32,000 bases of DNA from Candidatus Minimicrobia sp. QA0096 (GCF_963967315.1 NZ_OZ017288.1:120001-152000), one strand, 5' to 3'. Positions 22,860-32,000 are shown, numbered from the stretch's first letter. Notes: generated from the sequence alone by a model not told the origin. Numbers and translations are program-made.

Positions 22860-24938
22860 ATGCCAGAGGCAGACTATACCCTGAAAACCGCCGGAAACAA
22901 GAATTCAAATCAGGTTACGGATCAAGCTAACTTTATTTGGAATATAGCAAATAAACTGCGCGGCGCTTATATGCCAGATAAATACGGTGACGTTATTATT
23001 CCAATGACGATCGTGCGTCGTTTTGAATGCTCTCTTGCAGACACTAAAAAAGAAATCCTCGAAAAATACGAAAAGAATAATAATTCCCCTGTGCAATTCC
23101 TCTACAAAATTTCTGGCTACCAATTTTATAATACAAGTCGCTTTACCCTGGCTGAACTTTGTAATGATCCAAACAATATCGCCGCTAATTTTAAAGAATA
23201 TATCAGCGGATTTTCACAGAATGTCCGCGAGATCTTAAGTGGTCTTGAGCTTGATTCTCATATTAAGAAGATGGATAAAGAGGGTTGTCTTTACTCCGTC
23301 GTAAAGGATTTTTCCGAGCTAGATCTATCACCAAAAACTTACGATAGCGTACAGATGGGCTATATCTTTGAAAATCTTATTGGTCGCTTCTTTGAAAACG
23401 TGGATGCAGGTCAATTCTATACTGGCCGCGATATTATTAAGATGCTCGTCGAAGTTCTCATGTCTGAGGGCTGTGATGATCTCAAGGACCCGCAAAAAGT
23501 TGTTACGGTCTGCGATCAAGCTTGTGGAACCGGTGGTATGCTTTCCACGGCTTATGATTCTATTAAGGCAATAAACCCGACCGCGAACATTCGTTTATTC
23601 GGTCAGGAATACAACTCTGTGAGCTGGTCTATTGGCCTCGCCGAAATGCTGATCAAAGGTCAGAATTCAGAAAACTTCCGTCACGCTGACACATTTAAGG
23701 AAGACTGCTTCCCAAATCAAAAGATGCGCCTAGTTATCGAGAATCCACCATTCGGTACGCCATGGTCTGGCAAAGACGCAAAGCAAGGACAGGAAGATGC
23801 TGTTCGCGCTGAATATCGACGCGGCAAAGATGGCCGCTGGGGAGCTGGCTTGCCATCTGGCGGTGATTCCCAACTTCTTTTTATGCAGTCTGCTATTGAT
23901 AAGATGGATGAAAATCTTGGTCGTGCCGCAATTATTGAAAACGGTAGCCCACTCTTCACTGGCGGTACGCTTTCTGGAGAGTCTCAGATCCGTCGCTCAA
24001 TGCTCGAGCGCGATTTAATCGAAGCGATTATTGCTTTGCCGACTGATCTCTTCTATAACACCGGCATTCAAACTTACGTCTGGATCCTCTCGAAAAATAA
24101 ACGCCAAGAACGCAAAGGCAAGATTCAGCTAATCGACGCTTCCGGAATCTTTCATAAGCTTCGCAAGCCGCTCGGCATGAAGAAAAATGAATTCAAAGGC
24201 GTGGATATTAAGAAGATTGTCGATCTATACAAAGCTTTCGAAGACGCCGACCCAGAACTCTCTAAAGTTTATAAGAATACGGAGTTCATCTATCGCGAAT
24301 ATACCGTCATGCAGCCACTACAAAGAAGCTATGCGGTAACAGCAGCCAGAATCGAAAATATGCTTTCAAGCGGATCGCTGAATACACTTTATGACGAAGC
24401 CAAGGTATATGAACTCGAAAATGCCGATAAGTTAACTGATAAAGACCAAAAGAAACTCGATAACTTCCGCGCAAATAAAGAAATCTATGATGTCGTACTC
24501 GAGGCTCTTGAAAATGCTAAGTCAGATAAGAAATATAATTCCCCAGAGGAATTTAAACCTGTGCTTGAAGATATCCTTTCAGATATTAAGCTCGATAAGA
24601 AATTTGTTACAAAGATTATGGATGGCCTTTCTGAAATGGATAAATCGGCTAAGATTCAGACCAAGAGAAATGGCGAGATTGAGTATGATAAATCTACCAA
24701 AGACTCCGAAATCGTAAAGTTTGATGAAGACGTCGAAGATTATATGGCGCGTGAAGTCTTGCCTCACATTCCAGACGCAAAGTATTTTGATGAAGACAAG
24801 ATCGGTGCGGAGATTCCGTTCACTAGATACTTTTATAAGTATCAAGAGCCAAAATCTAGTGAAGAACTAGAGAAAGAGTTCCTAGAGCTTGAGAAGTCAG
24901 TCAATGAACGCGTAGCTAAGCTATTCAAGGAGGCTTAA
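22860..24938 (+). CDS. hsdM: Type I restriction-modification system, N6-adenine DNA methyltransferase subunit M (long form, 692 aa)
   Basis: HsdM_N-like NFIWNIANKLRG; motif I DQACGTGGML; motif IV NPPFG; conserved tail IPFTRYFYKYQEP; SD GGAGGA. Confidence 0.93.
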   Translation: MPEADYTLKTAGNKNSNQVTDQANFIWNIANKLRGAYMPDKYGDVIIPMTIVRRFECSLADTKKEILEKYEKNNNSPVQFLYKISGYQFYNTSRFTLAELCNDPNNIAANFKEYISGFSQNVREILSGLELDSHIKKMDKEGCLYSVVKDFSELDLSPKTYDSVQMGYIFENLIGRFFENVDAGQFYTGRDIIKMLVEVLMSEGCDDLKDPQKVVTVCDQACGTGGMLSTAYDSIKAINPTANIRLFGQEYNSVSWSIGLAEMLIKGQNSENFRHADTFKEDCFPNQKMRLVIENPPFGTPWSGKDAKQGQEDAVRAEYRRGKDGRWGAGLPSGGDSQLLFMQSAIDKMDENLGRAAIIENGSPLFTGGTLSGESQIRRSMLERDLIEAIIALPTDLFYNTGIQTYVWILSKNKRQERKGKIQLIDASGIFHKLRKPLGMKKNEFKGVDIKKIVDLYKAFEDADPELSKVYKNTEFIYREYTVMQPLQRSYAVTAARIENMLSSGSLNTLYDEAKVYELENADKLTDKDQKKLDNFRANKEIYDVVLEALENAKSDKKYNSPEEFKPVLEDILSDIKLDKKFVTKIMDGLSEMDKSAKIQTKRNGEIEYDKSTKDSEIVKFDEDVEDYMAREVLPHIPDAKYFDEDKIGAEIPFTRYFYKYQEPKSSEELEKEFLELEKSVNERVAKLFKEA

Positions 24939-26122
24939 TGACCGACAATAATGTAAATTGGAAAAAAGCACGAATAAAAGATGTGAGTACGCCATATACC
25001 GGCAATAGCATTAAGGATGAACATAAAGATTTATATATAGATAATATCAATGCTATCCCCTACATCTCTACAAAAGATATTAATGACAAATTTCAAACGA
25101 TCGATTTTGATAATGGACTTTTCATAAAAAACAGCGATAAATCTTTTAGACGCGCGCCAAAAAACAGTACATTATTATGTATAGAAGGTGGCAATGCCGG
25201 AAAAAAGATAGCCTTTAATGACAGGACTGTATGTTTCGTTAATAAGTTGTGTTGTTTCCACTCAAAAACAGAAAACAATAAGTTTCTCTATTATTTTCTT
25301 ATGTCACCATCATTTACTGAAGAATTCAAAAGTCGTATAACTGGTCTTATTGGTGGTGTGAGCGTTTCTGTTCTGCGGAATATCCATATACGATTACCTG
25401 CTCTTGATGAGCAAGAAAAGATTGCTGACTTTCTCGACGAAAAATGCGCTGAAATTGACAGACTTTCCGAAGACATACAAAAACAAATCGATATCCTAAA
25501 TGACTACAAGAAATCCGTCATTACTCGAGCCGTCACCAAAGGCCTCGATCCAAACGCAGAAATGAAAGATAGCGGTGTCCAATGGATTGGAAAAATACCA
25601 GAAAAATGGACGGTCATACCAGTAAAATATTGCTTTGACATTGAAAATGGCTCAGATCCTAAAACTGATTATGGTGATACACCAGTATATGGAAGCGGTT
25701 CAAAAAGTTTCAAGAAGTGTGTCGAGTTTAAGAAAGGACCAACAGTGCTACTTGGTAGAAAAGGTACCGTTAATATTCCCCAGTATGTAACTGGTAATTA
25801 TTGGAACGTCGATACAGCTTTTAATACAAAACCTAAGGGCAATTATGATTTGAAGCTATTCTATTATGCAGCTTGTAGCTTTGATTATGAAAATTATTCA
25901 ACCCAGACTGCGCTCCCCAGTATGACCCAATCGAATTATTACAATTTTAAACTTCCTTTAATGAGCCAAGACGAGCAGGAACAAATCGTTACTTTTCTCG
26001 ATGATAAATGTACAGAAATAGATGAATCTATAAACTCTAAGCAAGGACAGATCACAAAACTTGATACTTATAAGAAGTCTATCATTTACGAATATGTAAC
26101 CGGTAAAAAGAGGGTTGTATGA
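24938..26122 (+). CDS. hsdS: Type I restriction-modification system specificity subunit S
   Basis: Two target-recognition halves, each followed by a conserved helix: LPALDEQEKIADFLDEKCAEID and LPLMSQDEQEQIVTFLDDKCTEID. Start overlaps the hsdM stop (TAATG). Confidence 0.92.
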   Translation: MTDNNVNWKKARIKDVSTPYTGNSIKDEHKDLYIDNINAIPYISTKDINDKFQTIDFDNGLFIKNSDKSFRRAPKNSTLLCIEGGNAGKKIAFNDRTVCFVNKLCCFHSKTENNKFLYYFLMSPSFTEEFKSRITGLIGGVSVSVLRNIHIRLPALDEQEKIADFLDEKCAEIDRLSEDIQKQIDILNDYKKSVITRAVTKGLDPNAEMKDSGVQWIGKIPEKWTVIPVKYCFDIENGSDPKTDYGDTPVYGSGSKSFKKCVEFKKGPTVLLGRKGTVNIPQYVTGNYWNVDTAFNTKPKGNYDLKLFYYAACSFDYENYSTQTALPSMTQSNYYNFKLPLMSQDEQEQIVTFLDDKCTEIDESINSKQGQITKLDTYKKSIIYEYVTGKKRVV

Positions 26123-26169
26123 GCAATACGGCTGGAGAGAATTGTAGAAAATAATAAGGAGAAAGCCAA

Positions 26170-29100
26170 ATGAAATCACTAATAGATGAGAAAACAGAAT
26201 ATCAGCAATACTTTATCGCTCGACTTTGCGATGCAGGCTACCGTGAGCGTATTGCCAAGGAAAAATACGACAAACGTTATGCAATGGACACCGAAGAACT
26301 CCTTGCTTTTTTACGAGATACTCAGCCAGAAGAAATGGCTACCCTCGAAAAGATTCATAAAGACAATACCGATGCGTTGGTTATCGCAAAAATTAACCAA
26401 CAAATTCTCCAAAGCAGTCTCCTCGACGTTCTTAAAGATGGCGTAGAAATTGCCGGCACTACGCTAAAACTCATCTATAACAAACCTGCAACTTCTTACA
26501 ACCCAACGCTAGAAGCCTTCTATAAGAAAAACCGCTTCACTGTAATGCAAGAAGCCGTAATCAGCGACCACGAGCGCGTAGATTTAGTTCTCTTTGTAAA
26601 CGGCCTGGCTGTAGTGAGCTGCGAGCTTAAGAGTGAATACTCTCGCCAAAATTATCGTAACGCAATTGACCAGTATACTAATACTCGAGACCCAAATAAC
26701 CGTCTTTTTAAGTTCAAGGCGGGTACGGTTGTCAATTTCGCAATGGACTTAAATGAAGTCTATATGACTACGAAACTCGACGGAATCAACACTACTTTCT
26801 TACCATTTAACCGCGGCTCTGGTGAAGGCGTAAAAACTGGCGCCGGGAACCCTCTAAGTGACGGTGTTAGCGAATATCCCGTCCACTATATGTGGGATGA
26901 CGTACTTACGCCAGACAGTATGATCGAACTCCTAATGAACTTCTGCTTTACGATCCGTGAAGAAAAGAAAGATCCAGAAACTGGCGAGAAATCATACAAA
27001 GAAAAGCTCATTTTCCCACGTTATCATCAGCGCGATGCCGTCAGGAAACTTCTTACCGATGTCCACGACCGCGAATCTTCGCTGAACTATCTTATTGAGC
27101 ATAGTGCTGGTTCTGGTAAAACAAATACTATCTGCTGGCTTGCACACCGTCTCTCTTCTCTCCACAACAAAGAAGATAAGCAAATCTTTGATAATGTGAT
27201 TATCGTAACTGACCGCCTAGTAGTTGATCAGCAACTTCAAAAGGCTGTAAAGAGCATTGACCACCAAGCCGGCCTCATTCGTGCAATCGGTGAGAGATCG
27301 AGTGACGATTCCTCTACTCTTCGCGATGCGCTTAAGGGTAATACGAAGATTATCGTGACAACAATTCAGAAATTCTTGTATCTTGATTTTAATGAGCTCG
27401 TAAAAGAGCTCAAGGATAAGAAATTTGCAGTTATCATCGATGAGGCTCACTCTTCTACCTCTGGTAAAGATATGTCGGCGGTTCAAAATATCCTTGGCGC
27501 CAAAGACGCAACTTCTGAGAATGCCGAAGACATTGATAGCTCGGATGTGTTGGAAAAAGAGCTCAGCAAAAACGGCAAGCAAGAAAACGTATCTATCTTC
27601 GCCTTTACAGCTACACCAAAGCCAACCACTCTACAATTATTTGGAACAGATATTGTCACGCCAGAGGGCGATGTCCGGAAAGCTGCTTTCCATCTCTATT
27701 CAATGAAGCAAGCAATCGAGGAAGGCTTTATTCTCGATGTACTCAATAATTATACCGAATACAATACTTTCTATAAAGTATTACAAGAGCCGAGCGAAGA
27801 CGATCCTATGCTAAAGACTGTGGAAGCAAAGAAGCAAATCTATCGCATAGCAATGCTTAATCCAGAGAATATTGAACAACGCATTGCGATTATTGTTGCT
27901 CACTTCCGCGACAACGTAAAGAATGAACTTGGCGGCCAAGCAAAGGCTATGATTGTAACAAACTGGCGCGAAGAGGCTGTCCGCTACTACTTCGCTTTGA
28001 AGAAATACCTTGCCGACCATGCAATAGACGATATCAAGCCACTAGTAGCCTTTACCGGCAAAGTTAAACTTGATGGCGACGAAACTGAATATACTGAACA
28101 TGGAGTTAATGGCTGCTCCGAAGACAAACTACCTGAAGAATTCAATACAGATCGCCACAATATCCTTATCGTGGCTAATAAATATCAGGTCGGCTTCGAT
28201 CAACCAAAGCTTTCAGCGATGTACATCTTAAAGCCCCTCGCTGGAGTAAACGCCGTTCAGACACTCTCTCGTCTTAACCGCACCTGCGCTCCATACGCAA
28301 AGAAAACTTTCATCCTTGACTTCGTAAATACCTACGAAGAAATGGAAAATGCATTTGCGCCATATTATACTACAACTATATTAAAAAATACCGCGTCAGT
28401 CTCCGAACTTCGTGATAAGGCTGAAGAAATTGACGGCCACGGAGTGGTTATTGATTACGACGTGGATGCACTCTTCAAAGTAGTTTATGAAAACGCTGCA
28501 AAAGACGCCAAAGGTACTGGCAATATTCGCACAAGGATTAATGCGAATGCTGAAGCGAATCAGATCATCCGCCGCAATATCCTAGTCATGAATAATATGT
28601 TTGGCGAGGATATCAATAAAAAGAAAGAGTTTATCGGAGCTTGCCGAAGCTACGTCCGTCTCTATGATTTTCTTTCGCTCATTACTGGTCAAATAGATAA
28701 TGAGCTATTCAAGAAATATATCTTCCTTTCTACTTTCTTAACCAATATCGATTTTGGTACCGGTAATGGTATCGACATCACAAAGAAAGTAAATATGGTC
28801 GAGTTCAAGAATCTATACGCCCAGAAACACGATGGTGGCCCACACGCGTCTAAACCGTTTGTTAATCTTCCAAATGCCGAAGTAAGACTTACAAAAGACG
28901 AAGAACAACTACTTTCGAGAATCATCGATGATATTAACACCGCTTCCGGCCAAACGTTTGATACGGATGTCGCAACCAAAGCCATGCTTCAGATTAAAGA
29001 CTTGCTTCTCAAAAACGAAAATCTCAAAGTTGGCGCGAAGAATAATAACGAAGACGACTTTGCATTTAGCTTCTATGACGATGCAGACGAAGCGTTGCTT

Positions 29101-29217
29101 GAGGGTTTGATGAGCAATAACGAGTTCTTCACCCTGCTCCTCAATGATCAAAATCTCAAAAAGCGCGTTCTCGATGCATTTAAACATAGTGTCTACACGG
29201 AATTAAAAAAGAATTAA
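26170..29217 (+). CDS. hsdR: Type I restriction endonuclease subunit R
   Basis: PD-(D/E)xK nuclease RVDLVLFVNGLAVVSCELK; helicase motif I HSAGSGKT; motif II IIDEAHSS; QTLSRLNR; 1015 aa; SD AAGGAG. Confidence 0.93.
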   Translation: MKSLIDEKTEYQQYFIARLCDAGYRERIAKEKYDKRYAMDTEELLAFLRDTQPEEMATLEKIHKDNTDALVIAKINQQILQSSLLDVLKDGVEIAGTTLKLIYNKPATSYNPTLEAFYKKNRFTVMQEAVISDHERVDLVLFVNGLAVVSCELKSEYSRQNYRNAIDQYTNTRDPNNRLFKFKAGTVVNFAMDLNEVYMTTKLDGINTTFLPFNRGSGEGVKTGAGNPLSDGVSEYPVHYMWDDVLTPDSMIELLMNFCFTIREEKKDPETGEKSYKEKLIFPRYHQRDAVRKLLTDVHDRESSLNYLIEHSAGSGKTNTICWLAHRLSSLHNKEDKQIFDNVIIVTDRLVVDQQLQKAVKSIDHQAGLIRAIGERSSDDSSTLRDALKGNTKIIVTTIQKFLYLDFNELVKELKDKKFAVIIDEAHSSTSGKDMSAVQNILGAKDATSENAEDIDSSDVLEKELSKNGKQENVSIFAFTATPKPTTLQLFGTDIVTPEGDVRKAAFHLYSMKQAIEEGFILDVLNNYTEYNTFYKVLQEPSEDDPMLKTVEAKKQIYRIAMLNPENIEQRIAIIVAHFRDNVKNELGGQAKAMIVTNWREEAVRYYFALKKYLADHAIDDIKPLVAFTGKVKLDGDETEYTEHGVNGCSEDKLPEEFNTDRHNILIVANKYQVGFDQPKLSAMYILKPLAGVNAVQTLSRLNRTCAPYAKKTFILDFVNTYEEMENAFAPYYTTTILKNTASVSELRDKAEEIDGHGVVIDYDVDALFKVVYENAAKDAKGTGNIRTRINANAEANQIIRRNILVMNNMFGEDINKKKEFIGACRSYVRLYDFLSLITGQIDNELFKKYIFLSTFLTNIDFGTGNGIDITKKVNMVEFKNLYAQKHDGGPHASKPFVNLPNAEVRLTKDEEQLLSRIIDDINTASGQTFDTDVATKAMLQIKDLLLKNENLKVGAKNNNEDDFAFSFYDDADEALLEGLMSNNEFFTLLLNDQNLKKRVLDAFKHSVYTELKKN

Positions 29218-29232
29218 ATCTAAAGGAATTAT

Positions 29233-31323
29233 ATGAAGATCGAAAGAGGCAGGATTATAAACGATTTCATCGAACCAAACAAACGCCAATATTCAATACC
29301 GGTATACCAACGCAATTACGAGTGGTCTGATGAGCAATGTAAAAAACTATTCGCCGATATTATAGATGCACATAATAAAGACAGGTCGCATTTTTGTGGA
29401 TCTATTGTCTATGCAAGATTAAAAGATGAACATAATATTGATTATTTTGTGATAATCGATGGGCAACAGCGTATCACGACCATTTATCTATTAATTAAAG
29501 CTCTGATGGATTCGACCGGCTCTGCTGCTGAAAAGGATCAATTTGTCTCTGCGCTTTACAACGAAGATAAATTCGAAAAGTATGATTGGGATGAAGCAAG
29601 CAAGTTAAAACTTAAACCCATTAAATCCGACAATATTCAGCTAGAGCTTCTTATGGAGAATAAGCTCGATGAACTCGATAAATCCAGTGACATTTATAAG
29701 AACTACAAACTTTTCCGCGAACTAATTAATGAAGCCTTAGAGAAATATTCCAAACTTACCATTCCAGGAATCTACGATGGCCTAGAACATCTTTCGTGCG
29801 CCAGAATTGGGCTTGAAGACGATGATGCGCCACAAGAAATATTCGAACGCATCAACTCGACTGGGTTACCATTGAGTCTTTCTGATAAAATTAGAAACTT
29901 CGTCCTTATGACCGATGTAGACCAGGAGAGCCTATACGAAGAGTTCTGGCTTCCTATTGAAAAGAATGTAAAGCGTAATAAGATGTCTGATTTCTTCTTG
30001 AATTATCTGAATATGCAATTAGATATTTTTGCAAAGGATAATATCGCCTACGATTGCTTTAAAGAGTTCTATTACGAGCATGGATATACCAATCAGTCTA
30101 TGCTAGAAGAGCTAAAACATTATTCTGAATTATACAGAGCATTTCAGGGTGGCGAGAACGAGTTTTCAAGAAAAACAAATAGTCTCCTCGGCGGTCTTAG
30201 AGATTTAAAACAGACAACAATTTACGTATTCTTATTTAGAGTTTTTGATGATCGTCTTAATGGAATTATCGACGACGAGACACTAGAAAAAGTCCTTGAG
30301 TTCTTCCTAAACTACAGTGTAAGGCGTTTAGCTTGCGAAATCGGCTCAAACTCTTTACGCGGCCTATATAAGACACTCTATAAGCGTATCTTCAATAAAG
30401 AGGAAAACAAGAATTATTATTATGATTCAATCGTATGTTTCTTTACTCAGCTGAACTCCGGCGATAAATTCCCAACGAACTCTGAGTTTTTGGTCGCTCT
30501 TCGTGAAAAAGATATATATCATAAACCAGATTTACGAAGATATCTCCTCTCCACTATAGAAAACTACGGTTCTAAAGAAAAGCTTGAAATCAATAGCGAT
30601 ATTACTATCGAGCATATAATGCCACAGAAATTATCATCCGATTGGCAGAGGATGATTGGTGATAATTGGCAAAATGATCACGCAGAATATCTCCATACAT
30701 TAGGCAATCTCACTCTTACTGGATATAATAGCGAGTTATATAATAAGCCATTTAGTGAAAAGAAGAAATTACTAGAAGAATACGGAGCAAAGATTAAAAC
30801 TCTTAATATCGATGTTCTAGATAAGGAAGTTTGGAATATTGAATACATCAAAGCTCGTGCTTTGAGACTCGCAAATAAAGTTCTTGAAATATTCAGCTAT
30901 CCCGAATCTTCTTTCGATATTTCATTTAAGGATCCGAGATATAAAGAATATGGGTGCGAAGACGCGGATACGGCAACGAACAAGAGCGTTGAATACTTTA
31001 TGCTACAGGGAGAAAAAAATTACGTTACAAGCTTCGCCGATATGCTAAGAATTATAATCAAAAAACTTTACGACGAAGATCCTAGCGTAATTGAAGAGAT
31101 GGCTAGAACGAACAGTCAAATAGTTAGCTGGTCAAAGAATGTGATGTTCTCCTATGAGCCTGGCGTCACGAGTGGCGACCAAAAGATTGATGGCACAGAT
31201 ATTTACGTATCTGAGGGCTTTTCAGCCGCTTATATTATTTGTATCATCAGGTCATTGTTGGAAAACTACGGAATTGAACTCGATGAGTTTAGCTACAGTG
31301 CGAGAAACGTAAAAGCTGCTTGA
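29233..31323 (+). CDS. GmrSD-type (DUF262 + DUF1524) putative type IV modification-dependent nuclease with an extra ~150-aa C-terminal region
   Basis: DUF262 motifs IPVYQRNYEWS, DGQQRITT, ERINSTGLPLS. DUF1524 His-Me motifs IEHIMPQ and HTLGNLTLTGYNSE. Starts 15 nt after the hsdR stop with SD AAGGA. Confidence 0.85.
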   Translation: MKIERGRIINDFIEPNKRQYSIPVYQRNYEWSDEQCKKLFADIIDAHNKDRSHFCGSIVYARLKDEHNIDYFVIIDGQQRITTIYLLIKALMDSTGSAAEKDQFVSALYNEDKFEKYDWDEASKLKLKPIKSDNIQLELLMENKLDELDKSSDIYKNYKLFRELINEALEKYSKLTIPGIYDGLEHLSCARIGLEDDDAPQEIFERINSTGLPLSLSDKIRNFVLMTDVDQESLYEEFWLPIEKNVKRNKMSDFFLNYLNMQLDIFAKDNIAYDCFKEFYYEHGYTNQSMLEELKHYSELYRAFQGGENEFSRKTNSLLGGLRDLKQTTIYVFLFRVFDDRLNGIIDDETLEKVLEFFLNYSVRRLACEIGSNSLRGLYKTLYKRIFNKEENKNYYYDSIVCFFTQLNSGDKFPTNSEFLVALREKDIYHKPDLRRYLLSTIENYGSKEKLEINSDITIEHIMPQKLSSDWQRMIGDNWQNDHAEYLHTLGNLTLTGYNSELYNKPFSEKKKLLEEYGAKIKTLNIDVLDKEVWNIEYIKARALRLANKVLEIFSYPESSFDISFKDPRYKEYGCEDADTATNKSVEYFMLQGEKNYVTSFADMLRIIIKKLYDEDPSVIEEMARTNSQIVSWSKNVMFSYEPGVTSGDQKIDGTDIYVSEGFSAAYIICIIRSLLENYGIELDEFSYSARNVKAA

Positions 31324-31324
31324 G

Positions 31325-31352
31325 AAAAAGCCACCTCTACCGGGCGGCTTTT
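31325..31352. terminator. Imperfect hairpin flanked by A5 and T4 after the GmrSD gene
   Basis: AAAAAGCCACC-TCTACCG-GGCGGCTTTT (one mismatch). Confidence 0.4.
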
Positions 31353-31580
31353 AGGTACGCGGCCATCGCTTCTTTCACACTGCATTCCGGAATGTTCCCA
31401 AGAGTTTCGACTATCTGGGTAGCTAAGCCACCTAAAGACCGTAATCGGCGCTCGCGACGAGTGATGCGATCATCAGAAAGTTCGTCGATCTTGCGATTGA
31501 TTTGACCGACACTCTAAATAATCGTGTCCATTTTTGTTTCGAGCTTCGGCCACCTTAACTTCCAAATTCTCAGTAGTCAC
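31337..31580 (-). pseudogene. Possible frameshifted small ORF (~80 aa if repaired), unknown function
   Basis: AGGAG, then 5 nt, then GTG at 31578-31580 opens a 35-codon frame ending TGA at 31473-31475. A +1 frame is open from 31513 to TAG at 31337-31339 (58 codons, SVGQINRKIDELSDDRITRRERRL...) but has no start codon. Confidence 0.25.
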
Positions 31581-31641
31581 ATTTGCTCCTAGGCTTTAGT
31601 TCGGCCATATAAAAAACGGTCATATAATGTCGCAACTTTCG

Positions 31642-31673
31642 GAGCAATAAGAGCGTCTATAAACTTATTGCTC
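31642..31673. repeat. 10-bp perfect inverted repeat upstream of the DUF4236 gene
   Basis: GAGCAATAAG-12 nt-CTTATTGCTC. Confidence 0.6.
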
Positions 31674-31705
31674 ATGTATATTATATCGCAAATAGCAATT
31701 TTGTA

Positions 31706-31714
31706 TGGTAGAAT
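31706..31714 (+). promoter_or_regulatory. Extended -10 element 6 nt upstream of the DUF4236 ATG (leaderless-type)
   Basis: TGGTAGAAT, then TGAAAT, then ATG 31721. No SD. Confidence 0.35.
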
Positions 31715-31720
31715 TGAAAT

Positions 31721-32000
31721 ATGGGTTTCAGATTCAGAAGATCTGTAAAAATAATACCTGGCGTAAAGCTTAACTTTTCTAAGCGAGGCGTTTCTACTAC
31801 GCTTGGTGTGAAAGGTGCTCGTTATACTATGGGAAGTGGAGGTCGACGAACGGCATCGGTCGGTATTCCCGGCACTGGTATTTCGTACGTGACTACGCAG
31901 AATAAACATGCTGTAAAAAAGTTATCACAAAATACAGCTGGATATCACTCCAAAACAATAACGCTAATACTATGCCTTATGCTTGGACTATTAGGAGTAC
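31721..32000 (+). CDS. DUF4236-domain protein, N-terminal part (runs off the window; not in the ORF track)
   Basis: My own translation is open to the window end: MGFRFRRSVKIIPGVKLNFSKRGVSTTLGVKGARYTMGSGGRRTASVGIPGTGISYV, then a hydrophobic helix ITLILCLMLGLLGV. This matches my memory of the DUF4236 N-terminal motif. Confidence 0.65.
   Translation, partial: MGFRFRRSVKIIPGVKLNFSKRGVSTTLGVKGARYTMGSGGRRTASVGIPGTGISYVTTQNKHAVKKLSQNTAGYHSKTITLILCLMLGLLGV

Noticed and set aside
24938-26122. Phase-variable hsdS (shufflon or inverted-repeat recombination).
   Set aside because: There is a single hsdS with no partial hsdS copies and no recombinase. I saw no long inverted repeats within or beside it; the two conserved helices are direct, diverged repeats typical of all HsdS proteins.
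31320-31909. Track ORFs 31320-31505 (+) and 31589-31909 (-).
   Set aside because: The first is Arg/Ser-rich and antisense to the better-supported decayed ORF. The second overlaps, and is antisense to, the DUF4236 coding frame that starts at 31721 and shows a recognisable family motif.
1-32000. Alternative genetic code (UGA recoding, as in some candidate-phyla bacteria).
   Set aside because: TGA terminates well-defined genes at family-typical lengths (GT4 at 21166-21168, GmrSD at 31321-31323). No conserved gene needs read-through of an in-frame TGA.

Overview
Densely coding bacterial chromosome segment. It uses the standard genetic code: TAA, TAG and TGA all terminate well-supported genes. 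Background G+C is about 40-45% in hand-counted samples. Left to right: (i) The 3' end of an LPXTG-anchored, PKD-domain surface protein. (ii) One minus-strand replication/recombination operon, dnaX-dnaB-[polytopic GT-C-like membrane protein]-ybaB-recR. (iii) A small 2-TM protein, a G+C-rich secreted DUF2690-like Cys-rich protein, a DUF2797-like Zn-ribbon protein, and a hypothetical protein with an internal domain duplication. (iv) The ancestral array rpmG / tRNA-Trp / secE-nusG-rplK / rplA / rplJ-rplL. It is still collinear on the minus strand across 8.6-22.7 kb but is broken by four insertions. These are: GT4+GH57 glucan genes; a P-loop kinase + DUF45 metallopeptidase + orphan PAS histidine kinase; a tsaC-like gene + enolase + a Cys-rich hypothetical; and a WhiB-like regulator plus an LAxTG-anchored adhesin. 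The adhesin is strongly G+C-rich (55-67% in hand-counted samples) and looks horizontally acquired from a high-G+C actinobacterium. (v) A defence island at 22.8-31.3 kb: type I R-M hsdM-hsdS-hsdR, with a GmrSD-type (DUF262/DUF1524) nuclease coupled 15 nt downstream. It is followed by a decayed small ORF and the 5' end of a DUF4236 membrane protein. No rRNA, CRISPR, transposase or integrase was seen. The overall picture is compact genes, sortase substrates and actinobacterial-type accessory genes in a low-G+C background. That suggests a reduced-genome epibiont such as Saccharibacteria/TM7 living on actinomycetes, but this taxonomic call is inference from memory, not a search; a low-G+C reduced actinobacterium is the alternative. 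I did not find a clear-cut, completely novel multi-gene system. The best follow-up candidates are the foreign adhesin/WhiB insertion inside the ribosomal-protein cluster, the RM-coupled GmrSD with an uncharacterised C-terminal domain, the unknown-function genes at 6.1-8.4 kb, and a recurring leaderless-type promoter architecture.
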